DNA of 64,000 nt from an uncultured delta proteobacterium (GCA_963778115.1 CAVZSV010000005.1:64001-128000); one strand, 5' to 3'. Positions 30,680 to 40,396 are shown, numbered from the stretch's first letter. The notes: generated by a model not told the origin, from the sequence alone. Translations and numbers: made by a program.

Positions 30680-31494
30680 TCACTCGATTCTGACTGCTAC
30701 GACATCGTTTAAGTCTCTGAGTAATCGATACCCATGCCGGGTAAGATGCTCCTCGGTCGGCCTGTGATCTGTCTCGCTTAGATGTTTGACTTCGTAGATG
30801 ACCCGTGCGGTAGATAGAGGCTAAAGTTAATGCTGTGCACAATCTCCCCGTCAGCGCCTTCAGTATCGATGACTAGGATGTCAAACTTATCGATATTTTC
30901 CGATTTCACCATATCGCTGAAGGTTCGACATTCCATTTCTGTCTCTTCAATCCTCGCCGAAAGGTCAGGGATTTCAGAGGCATGTTTTAAAATGACATCC
31001 TTATGAAAGGAGCCGAGTTGGTTGTACCAATAAGGCAAGTCTTCTGCGATACCTTTGGGCTTAATAAAATAGAACTTTCTGGTTTGAGCCTTAGAGGAGA
31101 TCGCGGCTTTCACGCATTTCACCCCAGGGTAAGGCTAAAAATTTTTCTGCAACTCTTCAAATAGATAGGGAACCGGCTCCACAAAGAGCCCTTTCCAACC
31201 CGACTTGCTTATCCAGTGAAAGAGACGGTTTCCCGTTCGGCCGTCGTGGGCCCCGATTTGAACGAAAGTGACGTCTTTCATTTTTAGGCTAACTTTCGTC
31301 AATTCATGGATGGAGTGAGACAGCCGAAAACGAAAAAAAACTTCTCCCAAAGCGATCGCAAAGGAAGGGAAAGATTCATAAAGGCCTTCCATAAAATAGC
31401 GAAATCTCTCCCGGACCCTCTCGGAGAACGTGAGGCCTGGCCGAAATCCCGTCTTGTGACAATAAGGCAAGTGCCTCAGAAGAACGATCATCAT
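30680..31494 (-). pseudogene. FkbM-family methyltransferase with in-frame TAG (31135-31137) and a frameshift (~30803)
   Basis: VQIGAHDG, GLFVEP, KNF*PYPGVKC (same frame), IDTEGAD, then shifted frame VIYEVKHL...HGYRLL..LNDVVAVRIE* ending at 30680. Confidence 0.8.
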
Positions 31495-31599
31495 AGAAGG
31501 TAGAGGCCTTCCACGCCGATGGCCAGAACTCGGGACGCTTTAACAAATTGCCAAACGTATTGCCGTCGAGTTTTATGGGGTCAAGACAGGGAGGTGGCA

Positions 31600-32232
31600 A
31601 TGAAGTCTATTAGGGTAGCAATCGGTCTTTGTTATGTGGCTATCATCATTCTCATGGGGGGCTGTGGTGATATCCATCGCGCTTACGAAGAAACCACTCC
31701 TAGTTCGGATCCTATGAATCTAGCCAAACCGGTCGATCAGGGCCAAGACGGAACGCCCAAGTATGAAGACGGTCTAGTCTCGGGGCCGACCTGTACCGAA
31801 AATGATGACAAGAAATATTCCAAAGGACAGGGGTATATTCTTCGATCGTTTGTCGATGTCGTGGCTAAGTCTCAAACGGCGGCGGCCGTGAAATGGAAGG
31901 ATGCCGATCAGGATAGTTTCAAAGCAGCGCCGGATAAATTTCTTCCTGGGGATATTGCGGTATTCAAAACGAGAGACAGTCACACCATCTCTTGGGACAT
32001 CGAATGGCATCACCGGCAGGTAAATCCGAAGGTGGCGCAGATTAGCTACACGATGACCCGGTGTACTACCGTTCCTTTCGCAACCACTATCACCAACTGG
32101 CATGGTGTCATTCAATTAGTGGATGTCGCTGACGGGGTAACCGGATTTACGATGGACAACTACATCGCGGGAAGACCTAGTTGTGAGAACTCCAACGGTT
32201 CCATCACCGACATCTTCAACAATCTTCACTGA
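31600..32232 (+). CDS. Lipoprotein, unknown function
   Basis: GGAGG RBS before ATG 31600. Lipobox MGGC. Confidence 0.7.
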   Translation: MKSIRVAIGLCYVAIIILMGGCGDIHRAYEETTPSSDPMNLAKPVDQGQDGTPKYEDGLVSGPTCTENDDKKYSKGQGYILRSFVDVVAKSQTAAAVKWKDADQDSFKAAPDKFLPGDIAVFKTRDSHTISWDIEWHHRQVNPKVAQISYTMTRCTTVPFATTITNWHGVIQLVDVADGVTGFTMDNYIAGRPSCENSNGSITDIFNNLH

Positions 32233-32283
32233 AGTGGTGCCGTGATCGACTGGGTACCACGAGTCACGTTTTTACTCCTCTGC

Positions 32284-33600
32284 TCATTTTCGTGAGGGGA
32301 GTGGTCCCTCTTCCAGTTGGACGGGTTTGCTCCAAAGGGTAGCGCTTTGGTTCTTGCTGGCTACCGTGAGAAATTCGATCATGTCAGTGTTTTCAGCGAG
32401 AAAATCTAGGCGGCCTTTGATTGCTGTTTCGAAATAGTTCGTGGAGATGCCTCTATTATTAACGATGAGGGGCGAAAGATTTCTCTCCAGCGTCCCATCG
32501 ATTAGCGCAAGCCGATATAAAGAGGAGAGTGACATATGGTACTGAGCTGCGATCGTCGATAATCGGACCGTCCCGCCTTCCACCTCTTCCACGGCTTCTA
32601 CCGGCGGAAGGACACGTCGGAAACAAAGTGCTTTGAGCCCTTTTGCTTTTTCGATCGTGATGGGACTAAACACTTTTCCCATTCCGATCACCGTGGCATG
32701 GTCTTTGCGAGTTCCAGGCGATAGCTGCTTGTCAACGGTCAGTTCTGATTTCCTACTATCAAAGAAGGCGTACGATTTTTCACTTACGCTAAATTCAAAA
32801 AAATCCTCTCTTTTTCTGGAAGTCTCGCTTTCCTTTTCTAGAGGAGAAGCAATTTCCCAGGGACTCCATACCAAAAAGGAACTCGGTGCCAAACCTTTTG
32901 CCGCCGCGTCCAGGTAATATTTCGACAACCACTGCCTGAATCCAATTCTGGTTTCCGCATCGTCGAATGCGGAATAGATCGTCCACAAGGAGGCTGCAGC
33001 CCAAGAGGCGGGACATCCTTCAATTCCCGTTTCCGCGCTAATGCGGATGACAATATGGCCATCGGAGAAGTGTGGCGTAAAAGCCTCAAGGATTCGGTAG
33101 ATGCGCCCTGAGCCTTCATGGGTCTTTAGCGTCCACACGGCGGATTCCTCCGCGCCAAGAAATCGTAAGATCTCTTCTTCCGCTTGGCTGAAGCGAGCCA
33201 CATCTCCATGCGTTCCTTCAATGCTTGGTTCGTCGTACTCTTGCCTTCGGTTTTGAATCGCTCGTATGAACAAATTTCCGACGATCGTCCAGTAGGTACG
33301 AACTAAATAAAGAGCGCTCAAGGAGGCACGATATTTCTCGGCGTTTTCAGTAAAGGCGGGGCGATGTGAACTTGTTTCACATTGCTTTTGGAGTGTCTTC
33401 CATGTCTCGGTCCCGAGCTGCTCTTTAGTAGGACTCTCGACTCCGCAATATTGCAAAATGACGTTATCACCGGAGAGTCCCATGATCGCCCACTGTGCGG
33501 GGCGATATTCGATGAGGACGTGAGCGGGCGAGACATTGCCTAAGAGCCCAATGATACCGCTGATTTTAAGTAACCTTAGAAACCTGTTTCGAGTTTTCAT
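32284..33600 (-). CDS. Secreted hypothetical protein
   Basis: ~438-aa ORF with basic-hydrophobic N-terminus (MKTRNRFLRLLKISGIIGLLGNVSPA). No family recognised. Confidence 0.6.
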   Translation of the reverse strand: MKTRNRFLRLLKISGIIGLLGNVSPAHVLIEYRPAQWAIMGLSGDNVILQYCGVESPTKEQLGTETWKTLQKQCETSSHRPAFTENAEKYRASLSALYLVRTYWTIVGNLFIRAIQNRRQEYDEPSIEGTHGDVARFSQAEEEILRFLGAEESAVWTLKTHEGSGRIYRILEAFTPHFSDGHIVIRISAETGIEGCPASWAAASLWTIYSAFDDAETRIGFRQWLSKYYLDAAAKGLAPSSFLVWSPWEIASPLEKESETSRKREDFFEFSVSEKSYAFFDSRKSELTVDKQLSPGTRKDHATVIGMGKVFSPITIEKAKGLKALCFRRVLPPVEAVEEVEGGTVRLSTIAAQYHMSLSSLYRLALIDGTLERNLSPLIVNNRGISTNYFETAIKGRLDFLAENTDMIEFLTVASKNQSATLWSKPVQLEEGPLPSRK

Positions 33601-34114
33601 CTGGATTTCCACTACGTGTGGAGATCCTCTACCTTGAAGTGACGCATCGGGTCAAATTTACTTCCTGCAACTTGCCCGGTCTTGGTCAGTAATTCATGGA
33701 AGTCCCAAAGTCCCATTCGTAATGGCCCGGGATCATATCCACGTTAACAGGGTTGTCATAGGTCCCAGGATGATCGGGATTCCAAATCCAGGCCCTGAAT
33801 TTCATAAGCGCAGAGTCCTTATCCGTCCTCGAATCCGCGTGAGAAATCGCTAACGGTTTGTGCATAACAGATGCCGTGGGGCCAATATTGGGGTAGGTCG
33901 TCTCCCATGTTAGACAAGATATTTCAAGTTAGAATGCAGGGCCTTGAGGGACGGCGTTCGCGGTATTTTCACTGACTTCTTCCTCTAAGGTAAATCGATG
34001 ACCCCCTCCTTAACAAAAGCGGAAAAGCTGCGTCAATGGGAGAATCTTTTTGTTATCTTCTAACGTGAAGAAGTAGTTTGAGCCATTTTCACTGGCTGAA
34101 TGAAACCGATGCCT

Positions 34115-34696
34115 TTAGTTCGGACAGGATTTGAGCACATTCACACATTCGACATCGCTCGGAGGATCGTACTGCAGTAGCTCTCCACTTTCGCACAGCG
34201 AATGCGCTGTCCCCGAAGCATAGAAGCTAAGTCCCCCCTTCAAAGCGTAGGCACCACTGATGCCACAATAATCAAAAGTCGTCGGGTAATCGGATTCCGC
34301 CGTCTTACAGTGAGCCGGGCACTGCCACATCGAAGATACGACTCCAGGTTTATCGCACTTAGTCCCCTTGTTTTGGCAGCTCACCAGCGAATCTGGCGCC
34401 AACGGCGTTCCGAACTCGGCTTCAATCTTCCATCCGGGAGCGACCTGGTGGGCGTACATTTGCGCGCATTGCTGATCGGCGATAGGTCTGAGATCGGTCG
34501 CATATTGCGCGCAAACCAAGAAATTTTGAACCCTGGCGTCCAGATAATTGCGTTCGTTCGCAGATCCGATCTTGCTTTCGATACACCTGATATCGCATCC
34601 CCACGTCGTGGGTTGTTGCGGCGGACTGCTCCATTCGACGCCGATGGCCCACAAGCACCCGATGGCTAACAGAACGCAAGCATGCCGGTTGAACAC
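34115..34696 (-). CDS. Secreted Cys-rich protein with two internal repeats
   Basis: AAGGAG then GTG 34696. WGCDIRC..FLVC..ADQQC..VSCQN / WQCPAHC..FDYC..AHSLC..VECVN. Confidence 0.65.
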   Translation of the reverse strand: MFNRHACVLLAIGCLWAIGVEWSSPPQQPTTWGCDIRCIESKIGSANERNYLDARVQNFLVCAQYATDLRPIADQQCAQMYAHQVAPGWKIEAEFGTPLAPDSLVSCQNKGTKCDKPGVVSSMWQCPAHCKTAESDYPTTFDYCGISGAYALKGGLSFYASGTAHSLCESGELLQYDPPSDVECVNVLKSCPN

Positions 34697-34810
34697 GATT
34701 CTCCTTAAGAAGAGCGTACGATAACGAAAAAGAGGAAACCTTGCCAAGACGCGAGCCGCTAAGAGGCGCCCCATTCAGCCAGAGGCTTGAGGCGCTTTTA
34801 TTTTAAACGG

Positions 34811-34858
34811 GGGTCAGAGGTGGGTCAGAGGGGTCAGAGGTGTCACTCTCCCAGCGGG
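34811..34858. repeat. GGGTCAGAG x3 followed by left arm GGTGTCACTCTCCCAGCGGG of a REP-like palindrome
   Basis: Directly visible. The arm is 19/20 reverse-complementary to 36351-36370. Confidence 0.8.
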
Positions 34859-36350
34859 CTAATCATTGATCACATCTTTCTTTAGCGAGCCACCCTTTTT
34901 CTAGAGTCAATAGTTCTGTGAGGCCCTTTCCTAGTATTTTCCAACCTGGCGGGCCATTCTGCTTAAGGTGGCCGCCGAGCCTCGCAACGGCTGAAATTGC
35001 TTCTGCGACCGTAGGATTTTCTGGGATGGGAGTTTTTGAGACCGCTCGGAGAACCGATATTTGAGTCGGGGTTAACACTACTGTCGCCGGAGTGAGTGGC
35101 CGTTGCCTGGCTTCCGCTCGCAAGAGCAGCATTCGCCAGGCGATTGGGATAAAGATCGCCAAGGCATTGAAAATGGTATCTTTCGATTCGAGTTGCCGTT
35201 CTTCAAAGGCACATCCAGTTTTGATCGCCTTAAAATATTCTTCGATAAGCCATCTGGCTCGATAGATATCGATCACCTTTTCGATATCCGCGGGCGTATT
35301 GGTAGACTCGGTAGTGAGTAATTTCCAATCAATCGGCTCTGTTCCCTCCGGCGGATTGGACTCAAAGACGTGGACAACGTTGAGTGTCACAGTCTTATTT
35401 AATCTTGCTCCATGATGGTGACCTCGTATTAGCTCCACCCTTGCCGCTGTCGCCGATAACATGGCGGTTCGTTGCTGACGAGCGGGGTAGTCTTTTCTGT
35501 TTTGAGGTAAGGGACTTTGTGCTCTTGTTCCAACTCGGACTTCTCGTTGAAGCTTTACCGGAGCGCTCTCGAGTGAGCTGTAAAGGCTCACTCCTTCTTC
35601 TAGGTTTTCGTCTGTAACCAAACGATCTCGGCAGACTCGAATCACGCAGCGACCAGATGAATCTTTTAGTTCAGAAAGTAACTCGAAGAAATCTGCCTCA
35701 CGGTCCATCACGTGAATAGGTTTCGCTGCGAAGCCCAATCTCGATTCGCTGGCCACAATTCCTCGCATCCAACGCAGAGACTTTCTCGTCGGATCTTGTC
35801 GCGCTTTGGACGGGCTTTGGACGGGCTTTGATAGCCTTTCTTCTTCAGCTTAATCATTGGCTCAACCGCCACAACCCCAAGAGGTCGATGCAAACAAGAT
35901 CCCACAACTAAGGAAAAATGCCCGTAGAAACCGTCTCCCGCGGAGCGACTACCACTGAGCAAACCTAGCCCCTTACGTTTGGAAGGAAATTTGAACTCAG
36001 TCGTATCGTGGAGAACCAGAACTTCCTTTTCCAGTTTCGCTCGCAAAACCGTCTGCTCAAAATGGGATGCTAAAATCGACTCCAAATTCACACGGGGATT
36101 ACGCAGAAAACGGTAACCTCCCTCAATTCCAGCTCCTTCTCCTAAAAGCTTGGGTAAGGTCTCTTTAGGATCTTGGGCGATACCGTCAGACATGTCCATT
36201 AACCTCCGGGTGAGTCGCAGATCGCCAAAATTAGCCCCAGCGAACTCATTCGACATGGACGAAAAAAACTTAGGTTCAAGAGTATTACTCATCTAAATGA
36301 TTGATCAAATTTCACAGAGAAAGGCAAGAAAAGATATGTATGATCCTTAG
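34859..36350 (-). mobile_element. IS4-family (IS50/Tn5-like) insertion sequence
   Basis: Imperfect 19-bp ends CTAATCATTGATCACATCT and CTAAGGATCATACATATCT (12/19) enclose the transposase. Confidence 0.8.
34863..36292 (-). pseudogene. IS4 transposase, frameshifted at ~35780
   Basis: FGDLRLTRRL, YRFLRN, VLHDTT, DREAD, WKLLT, Y.ARW.IEEYFK..K.GC (YREK), ARLGG...PGW..L.KG. Removing 2 nt from AGTCTCTGCGTTGG restores ESLRW. Confidence 0.9.
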
Positions 36351-36427
36351 CCCGCAGGGAGAGTGACACCCTCCGACAACGGGAGGTCCTAAAAGTCGAC
36401 GGGCACCTTTTACTCGGGCACCTTTTA
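36351..36427. repeat. Right palindrome arm CCCGCAGGGAGAGTGACACC plus tandem CGGGCACCTTTTA x2 (36400-36412, 36415-36427)
   Basis: Directly visible. Confidence 0.8.
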
Positions 36428-36437
36428 TTCCTTTTAT

Positions 36438-36521
36438 TGCCCGGAGGGAGAATCGAACTCCCACTCCCGTGAAGGAACTGGATTTTGAGTCCAGCGCGTC
36501 TACCAATTCCGCCATCCGGGC
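36438..36521 (-). tRNA. tRNA-Leu(CAA), CCA not encoded
   Basis: GCCCGGATGGCGGAATTGGTAGACGCGCTGGACT-CAA-AATCCAG, long variable arm, GGAGTTCGATTCTCC, acceptor stem GCCCGGA/TCCGGGC, discriminator A. Confidence 0.97.
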
Positions 36522-36804
36522 TTTTTAACGGCGTCGCTCTTAAGCGAAGCCGGGTGTAAACAGAATCACTCTTCTATCAACTTCACTTCACGTTTTCAAC
36601 CATTTACCAGGTTCGGTTTGCTTCACAAAGTGTCTGATTTCTGCGTATTGCGGCAGTGCGGCATTTAGGGCTACAATAAGGTCATTGGTACGTTGGTGGC
36701 TTGCGAATCGGTCCCTTTCTTGTGGCAGATCTCTTTCTCTCTGGCAGACTCTCCGATTGAATCTAAGTCATTAGCCCCAACCGTGTGCCTCTTGGGAGGA
36801 AACC

Positions 36805-37284
36805 TTGAAGTCTCCGTCATTTTTTTCCATGCCCTGGGATACCGTCGTGTTTCTCACGATTACTACCGTGGGCTTCGGCTTTTCGCTGCAGCGTCTGAGT
36901 CACCCTCAGAGTGTTCAGGCCGTTCCCTTTCAGGAGGAGTCGGCAGCACTGATACAACAGGGTTCGGAATTCCGCGGAGTTTTTGATTTAGGATGTTTGG
37001 ATTCCGAAGGGGCAAAGCAAAGGATCACCAATCCCGAAAGTACGATTCGAATGCGCGGCAAGTTCTGCAGGCTTTCGTCAAAGGACATGCATGCTTTTGA
37101 TGGAGTCACCGTTAAGAACCTGACTAACGGATTCGAAGGAACGATCTTCTTTCGAGGATTCAATAGTGCTTTCACGACCGACTATGTAGTCCTCGTGCCG
37201 GGTAAAAATATTATCCAGCTAGAGTGGCGAGAGTCGGCAAAAGCAGAACCCAGAACTTACATCGCCGAAGTATTCCAAAGATAA
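36805..37284 (+). CDS. Membrane-anchored hypothetical protein with C-terminal Ig-like beta domain
   Basis: GGAGG RBS before TTG, N-terminal TM, KNLTNGFEGTIF...FTTDYVVLVPGKNII. Confidence 0.7.
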   Translation: MKSPSFFSMPWDTVVFLTITTVGFGFSLQRLSHPQSVQAVPFQEESAALIQQGSEFRGVFDLGCLDSEGAKQRITNPESTIRMRGKFCRLSSKDMHAFDGVTVKNLTNGFEGTIFFRGFNSAFTTDYVVLVPGKNIIQLEWRESAKAEPRTYIAEVFQR

Positions 37285-37291
37285 AAATAAG

Positions 37292-37370
37292 AAGGTGCCT
37301 ATTCGTAGGGTATAGAGAGGTTGAAGTTGCCCGCCCGCGCTTCGCTTTCTCTCTTACGGGTAGGCACTTT
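37292..37370. terminator. Long inverted repeat / bidirectional terminator between convergent genes
   Basis: AAGGTGCCTATTCGTAGGG ... CTCTTACGGGTAGGCACTTT, flanked by A and T tracts. Confidence 0.6.
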
Positions 37371-37396
37371 TTTATGGGAATACGGTGTTACCGGAA

Positions 37397-38677
37397 TTAA
37401 TGAAAGAGCGAGGCCTGTTGGACTTTCGCTGGGAAGGATTTAGGCGTTCTGGCCCGGACTCGACCGTCGGTGTAAGCGTAGTTCTTATAACGACGGGAAG
37501 CGAATTGGAAAATATTGATTGAGGACTTTCCGCCCGGCTTTGTCGCTAAATTCACAATGTCAGCACCTTCCATGCCAGGCATTCCCCCGGCCCCCTGAGC
37601 TCCGCCCATGAGTTGGCTTAACATGCCGGCAAATGGATCTGAACCCCCTGATTTTCCTGGCTCGGAATCTCCGGCTCCCGATGAGACACTGGACTCGGAA
37701 GTTTTTCCTTTTCTCGTCGACTCGGTAGCGGCTCGAGCCGCCTCTTGTCCTTTGCTGTCGGTGGTGCCGGCCGTAGTAGAAGCAGGGCCACGTGCTCCAA
37801 CGACCGTCGAAATGGCATTTCCATTACTATCCACGGACGCTTTCGCGTTGTCGTCAAATTTGAGCGCTGCGGAATCGATGGCATTGGGAACTGAAAAAGG
37901 ATCTTGAGGGCCAGCCACAGGCTCTAGCTCCGTAGGCTTACCCGGATCTTTGGGGAGATCAGGCGGCGACGGTAAAGGGGTTGGACTATTAGAAGGCGTC
38001 GGTGTGGAATTGTCTGCCACCGTCGGATTTTCGTTAGTGCTGTTATCCGGCGAAGGTGTGGGGAGAGGACTCGCCTGCAGAGTCGACTGCTTGGGAGTGC
38101 TGTCCATCGTAAGCTGTTTTTTGTTGTTGTCGTTTTGTTGAGCGGATGCCAAATCCTGAGCGCCTTGCTGGCATTGCTGCATCGCCATCATCATGAGCAT
38201 CATTTTTTCTTTTTCGGGCGCCTCTTGTGCTTTTTTCATGAGCATAGCGCACATCAACATCGCCATGGAAGCACCGGCGATTGCTGCGGCATTTGCGGCT
38301 CCGTTATTATTGGCGCGATCTTGAGGAGAGGGAGAAGGGGTGGGCTGTTGGGCATTTAACGTCGGAGGCGGAGGTAAAGCGGGATTGGTCGGGCCATTTT
38401 GATTTTGCATCTGATTTTGAAGCTGCTGCTGAATGCCTTGAATCTGTTGATCGATTGAAGATGTCGGCGAGGACGTTGGGGAAGAAGCGCCACTGCTACT
38501 GGGATCGGTAGCCCCCACACTTTGTAATTGGCTCTGAAGGGTTTGAAGGGCTGCGGACGGATCCGGGGTCGCGGTTTCCGCAATCACCGAAAGGGGAAAA
38601 GCGATAAGGCCTGCCGCCACCATCGCTAAATTCCACTGCCATTTTCCCGATGCCGTCACTGCGTAGCTCTCCTTCAT
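37397..38677 (-). CDS. Secreted low-complexity (Q/P/S/T) protein with Met/Cys-rich helical core; real start probably GTG ~38659
   Basis: Signal-like segment, MLMCAMLM...MMMMAMQQCQQ, C-terminal INIFQFASRRY. AAGGAG precedes the GTG. Confidence 0.75.
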   Translation of the reverse strand: MKESYAVTASGKWQWNLAMVAAGLIAFPLSVIAETATPDPSAALQTLQSQLQSVGATDPSSSGASSPTSSPTSSIDQQIQGIQQQLQNQMQNQNGPTNPALPPPPTLNAQQPTPSPSPQDRANNNGAANAAAIAGASMAMLMCAMLMKKAQEAPEKEKMMLMMMAMQQCQQGAQDLASAQQNDNNKKQLTMDSTPKQSTLQASPLPTPSPDNSTNENPTVADNSTPTPSNSPTPLPSPPDLPKDPGKPTELEPVAGPQDPFSVPNAIDSAALKFDDNAKASVDSNGNAISTVVGARGPASTTAGTTDSKGQEAARAATESTRKGKTSESSVSSGAGDSEPGKSGGSDPFAGMLSQLMGGAQGAGGMPGMEGADIVNLATKPGGKSSINIFQFASRRYKNYAYTDGRVRARTPKSFPAKVQQASLFH

Positions 38678-38688
38678 AGGAGAAAGTT

Positions 38689-38742
38689 TGCAAGCAGAGG
38701 GCCAAAGGGGTGGTAAATTTATTTAGTAATATCAATGAATTA
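38689..38742 (-). promoter_or_regulatory. sigma54 promoter TGGCCCTCTGCTTGCA (38704-38689) with IHF site TATCAATGAATTA (38730-38742)
   Basis: GG-N10-GC spacing and a perfect WATCAAnnnnTTR match 26 bp upstream of the -24 element. Confidence 0.65.
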
Positions 38743-38980
38743 GATTTGCATCGCCGATGACTCTTTGTACAGTCCGTGCGGCCTTTTCCCCTTCCCCTCA
38801 AGGCTGTTGCGATTACCACTTGAATTCACTGCCCTTGTGACGCCTGTTTGAAGAGTAGTCAGGCACGAAGAACTTAGACGTTTGGGCCTCACCGAAAACG
38901 GCAAAAACCGCATTCCCCGACTGATTGACTTTCCTCTTTATTCTGGATAGGTTGCTCCCTTTATTGAAAGGATAGGGATC

Positions 38981-39265
38981 ATGGCCAATCATGCTTCGGC
39001 AGTCAAAGCGGCAAGACAATCGCTCAAACACAGAGACCATAATCTGGCGGTTCGTTCGCGATTTAAGACCGCGGTGAAAAAACTTCGCACGGCGGTTACT
39101 GCTAAGTATGACAGTAAAGATGTGGCCAAGAAATCTTTGGAGCCTTTGTTAAACGAAGTGCAGCAGCTTTTGATGAAAGCCGCTTCCAAAAAAATCATCA
39201 AGAAAGAGACGGCCTCTCGCCAAGTCTCTCGTTTGAGTACCGCGGTTCACAAAGCCTTAGTTTAA
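38981..39265 (+). CDS. rpsT: 30S ribosomal protein S20
   Basis: MANHASAVKAARQS.K.R..N...RSRFKTAVKK...KAASK.II.K.TASR.VSRL. Confidence 0.97.
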   Translation: MANHASAVKAARQSLKHRDHNLAVRSRFKTAVKKLRTAVTAKYDSKDVAKKSLEPLLNEVQQLLMKAASKKIIKKETASRQVSRLSTAVHKALV

Positions 39266-39293
39266 GAGATCAAAAAATTTTGAAGACTCGCGA

Positions 39294-39887
39294 TTAGCAC
39301 CACGCGTTTTGGTAGCGAACGATTTTGGGATCGACGTCGATTGACCAAGCGTCGATGCCGCCTTTAAGAATCGATACCTGACTGAAGCCGCGATCTACCA
39401 GAAAAGTTGCGGCGTCCATGCTTCGAATTCCAAAATGGCAAAAGACGACGATGGCCGTGTCCTTGGGCCATTCATTTAGGATCTCATCGAGGAGTTGTGG
39501 AGTCAGAGGCCTGGCTTCGCGAATACTGGCAAGTTTTAGTTCCCATGCTTCCCTGACGTCGAGCAGACGTGGGGGTAATGACGATTTTAAGAGTTTAGCT
39601 ACCTCTCTGGCTGGAACTTCCCGAACTCCGCGTGTTCTAAAATCGAGCTGCACTTCCATGAACACAATCTGCGACGGAGGGAGATCATATTTATCCGTGA
39701 AATCTCTCAGCGAAAGCGCTTTGTCGCCGGCCTCAATCTTAATGCCATATTTTCGCTCGATGAAGTCGAAAGCGGATGGGTAGGGGACGACTATTTCCTT
39801 AAGGCTCGAATTTTCCGTGATCACGGGTGGGGCTGTGATCCCCCCTTTTAGCCAGTCGGTGAAACGTTCACGAAAATGTTTATTCAT
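39294..39887 (-). CDS. Rhodanese-domain protein with ScdA-N/DUF1858-like N-terminal domain
   Basis: LLDVRE.WE, VVFCHFGIRS (catalytic Cys), LKGGIDAWS..VDP...RY. N-terminal SLKEIV..YP.A..F...YG. Confidence 0.85.
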   Translation of the reverse strand: MNKHFRERFTDWLKGGITAPPVITENSSLKEIVVPYPSAFDFIERKYGIKIEAGDKALSLRDFTDKYDLPPSQIVFMEVQLDFRTRGVREVPAREVAKLLKSSLPPRLLDVREAWELKLASIREARPLTPQLLDEILNEWPKDTAIVVFCHFGIRSMDAATFLVDRGFSQVSILKGGIDAWSIDVDPKIVRYQNAWC

Positions 39888-39931
39888 CTAAGAGCAGGGG
39901 CTTTGTCGACTTCACAGGGCTAGTAAAGCCG

Positions 39932-40396
39932 TTAGTGTTTAAAATGCAGATAGTCGAACGTTAGCTTGTCCCGATCATACTTAGAATATTCGTATTCCTT
40001 CGTATGATAAAGACAATCCGTCGGACACGCAGCGCTACAAAGACCGCAGTAACAACACAGAGCAACATCGATATCAAAGCGTTTGAGATCGAGAGTCTTC
40101 TTAACTCCTCCCTTGGTAAAGTCAGCAGAGGTGCCTGTGGGCTTTTTGTCCGCTTCGATGTAAATGCAATCGACTGGGCATACCGCTTCGCATTGGCGAC
40201 AGGAGATACAATCGTCGACGTCATTAAAAAGTAATCCCCGAGAACCCGCCGGAAGGGCGTCTCGTACTTCCGGATACTGGATGGTAATCGCTCCTTTGCG
40301 ATTGACTCGAGAAAAGACTTTCAAGGTGATCGCCATCCCTTTCATGGTCGATACACTGATGTCTTTGATCATTTCAACGTAGCCTAGGAAAGTCAT
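39932..40396 (-). CDS. nuoI: NADH-quinone oxidoreductase subunit I (copy 1)
   Basis: TIQYPE, CISCRQCEAVCP, CCYCGLCSAACP. Confidence 0.9.
   Translation of the reverse strand: MTFLGYVEMIKDISVSTMKGMAITLKVFSRVNRKGAITIQYPEVRDALPAGSRGLLFNDVDDCISCRQCEAVCPVDCIYIEADKKPTGTSADFTKGGVKKTLDLKRFDIDVALCCYCGLCSAACPTDCLYHTKEYEYSKYDRDKLTFDYLHFKH

Noticed and set aside
1..36350. Prophage or defence island
   Set aside because: No phage structural, integrase, restriction-modification, toxin-antitoxin or other defence motifs recognised.
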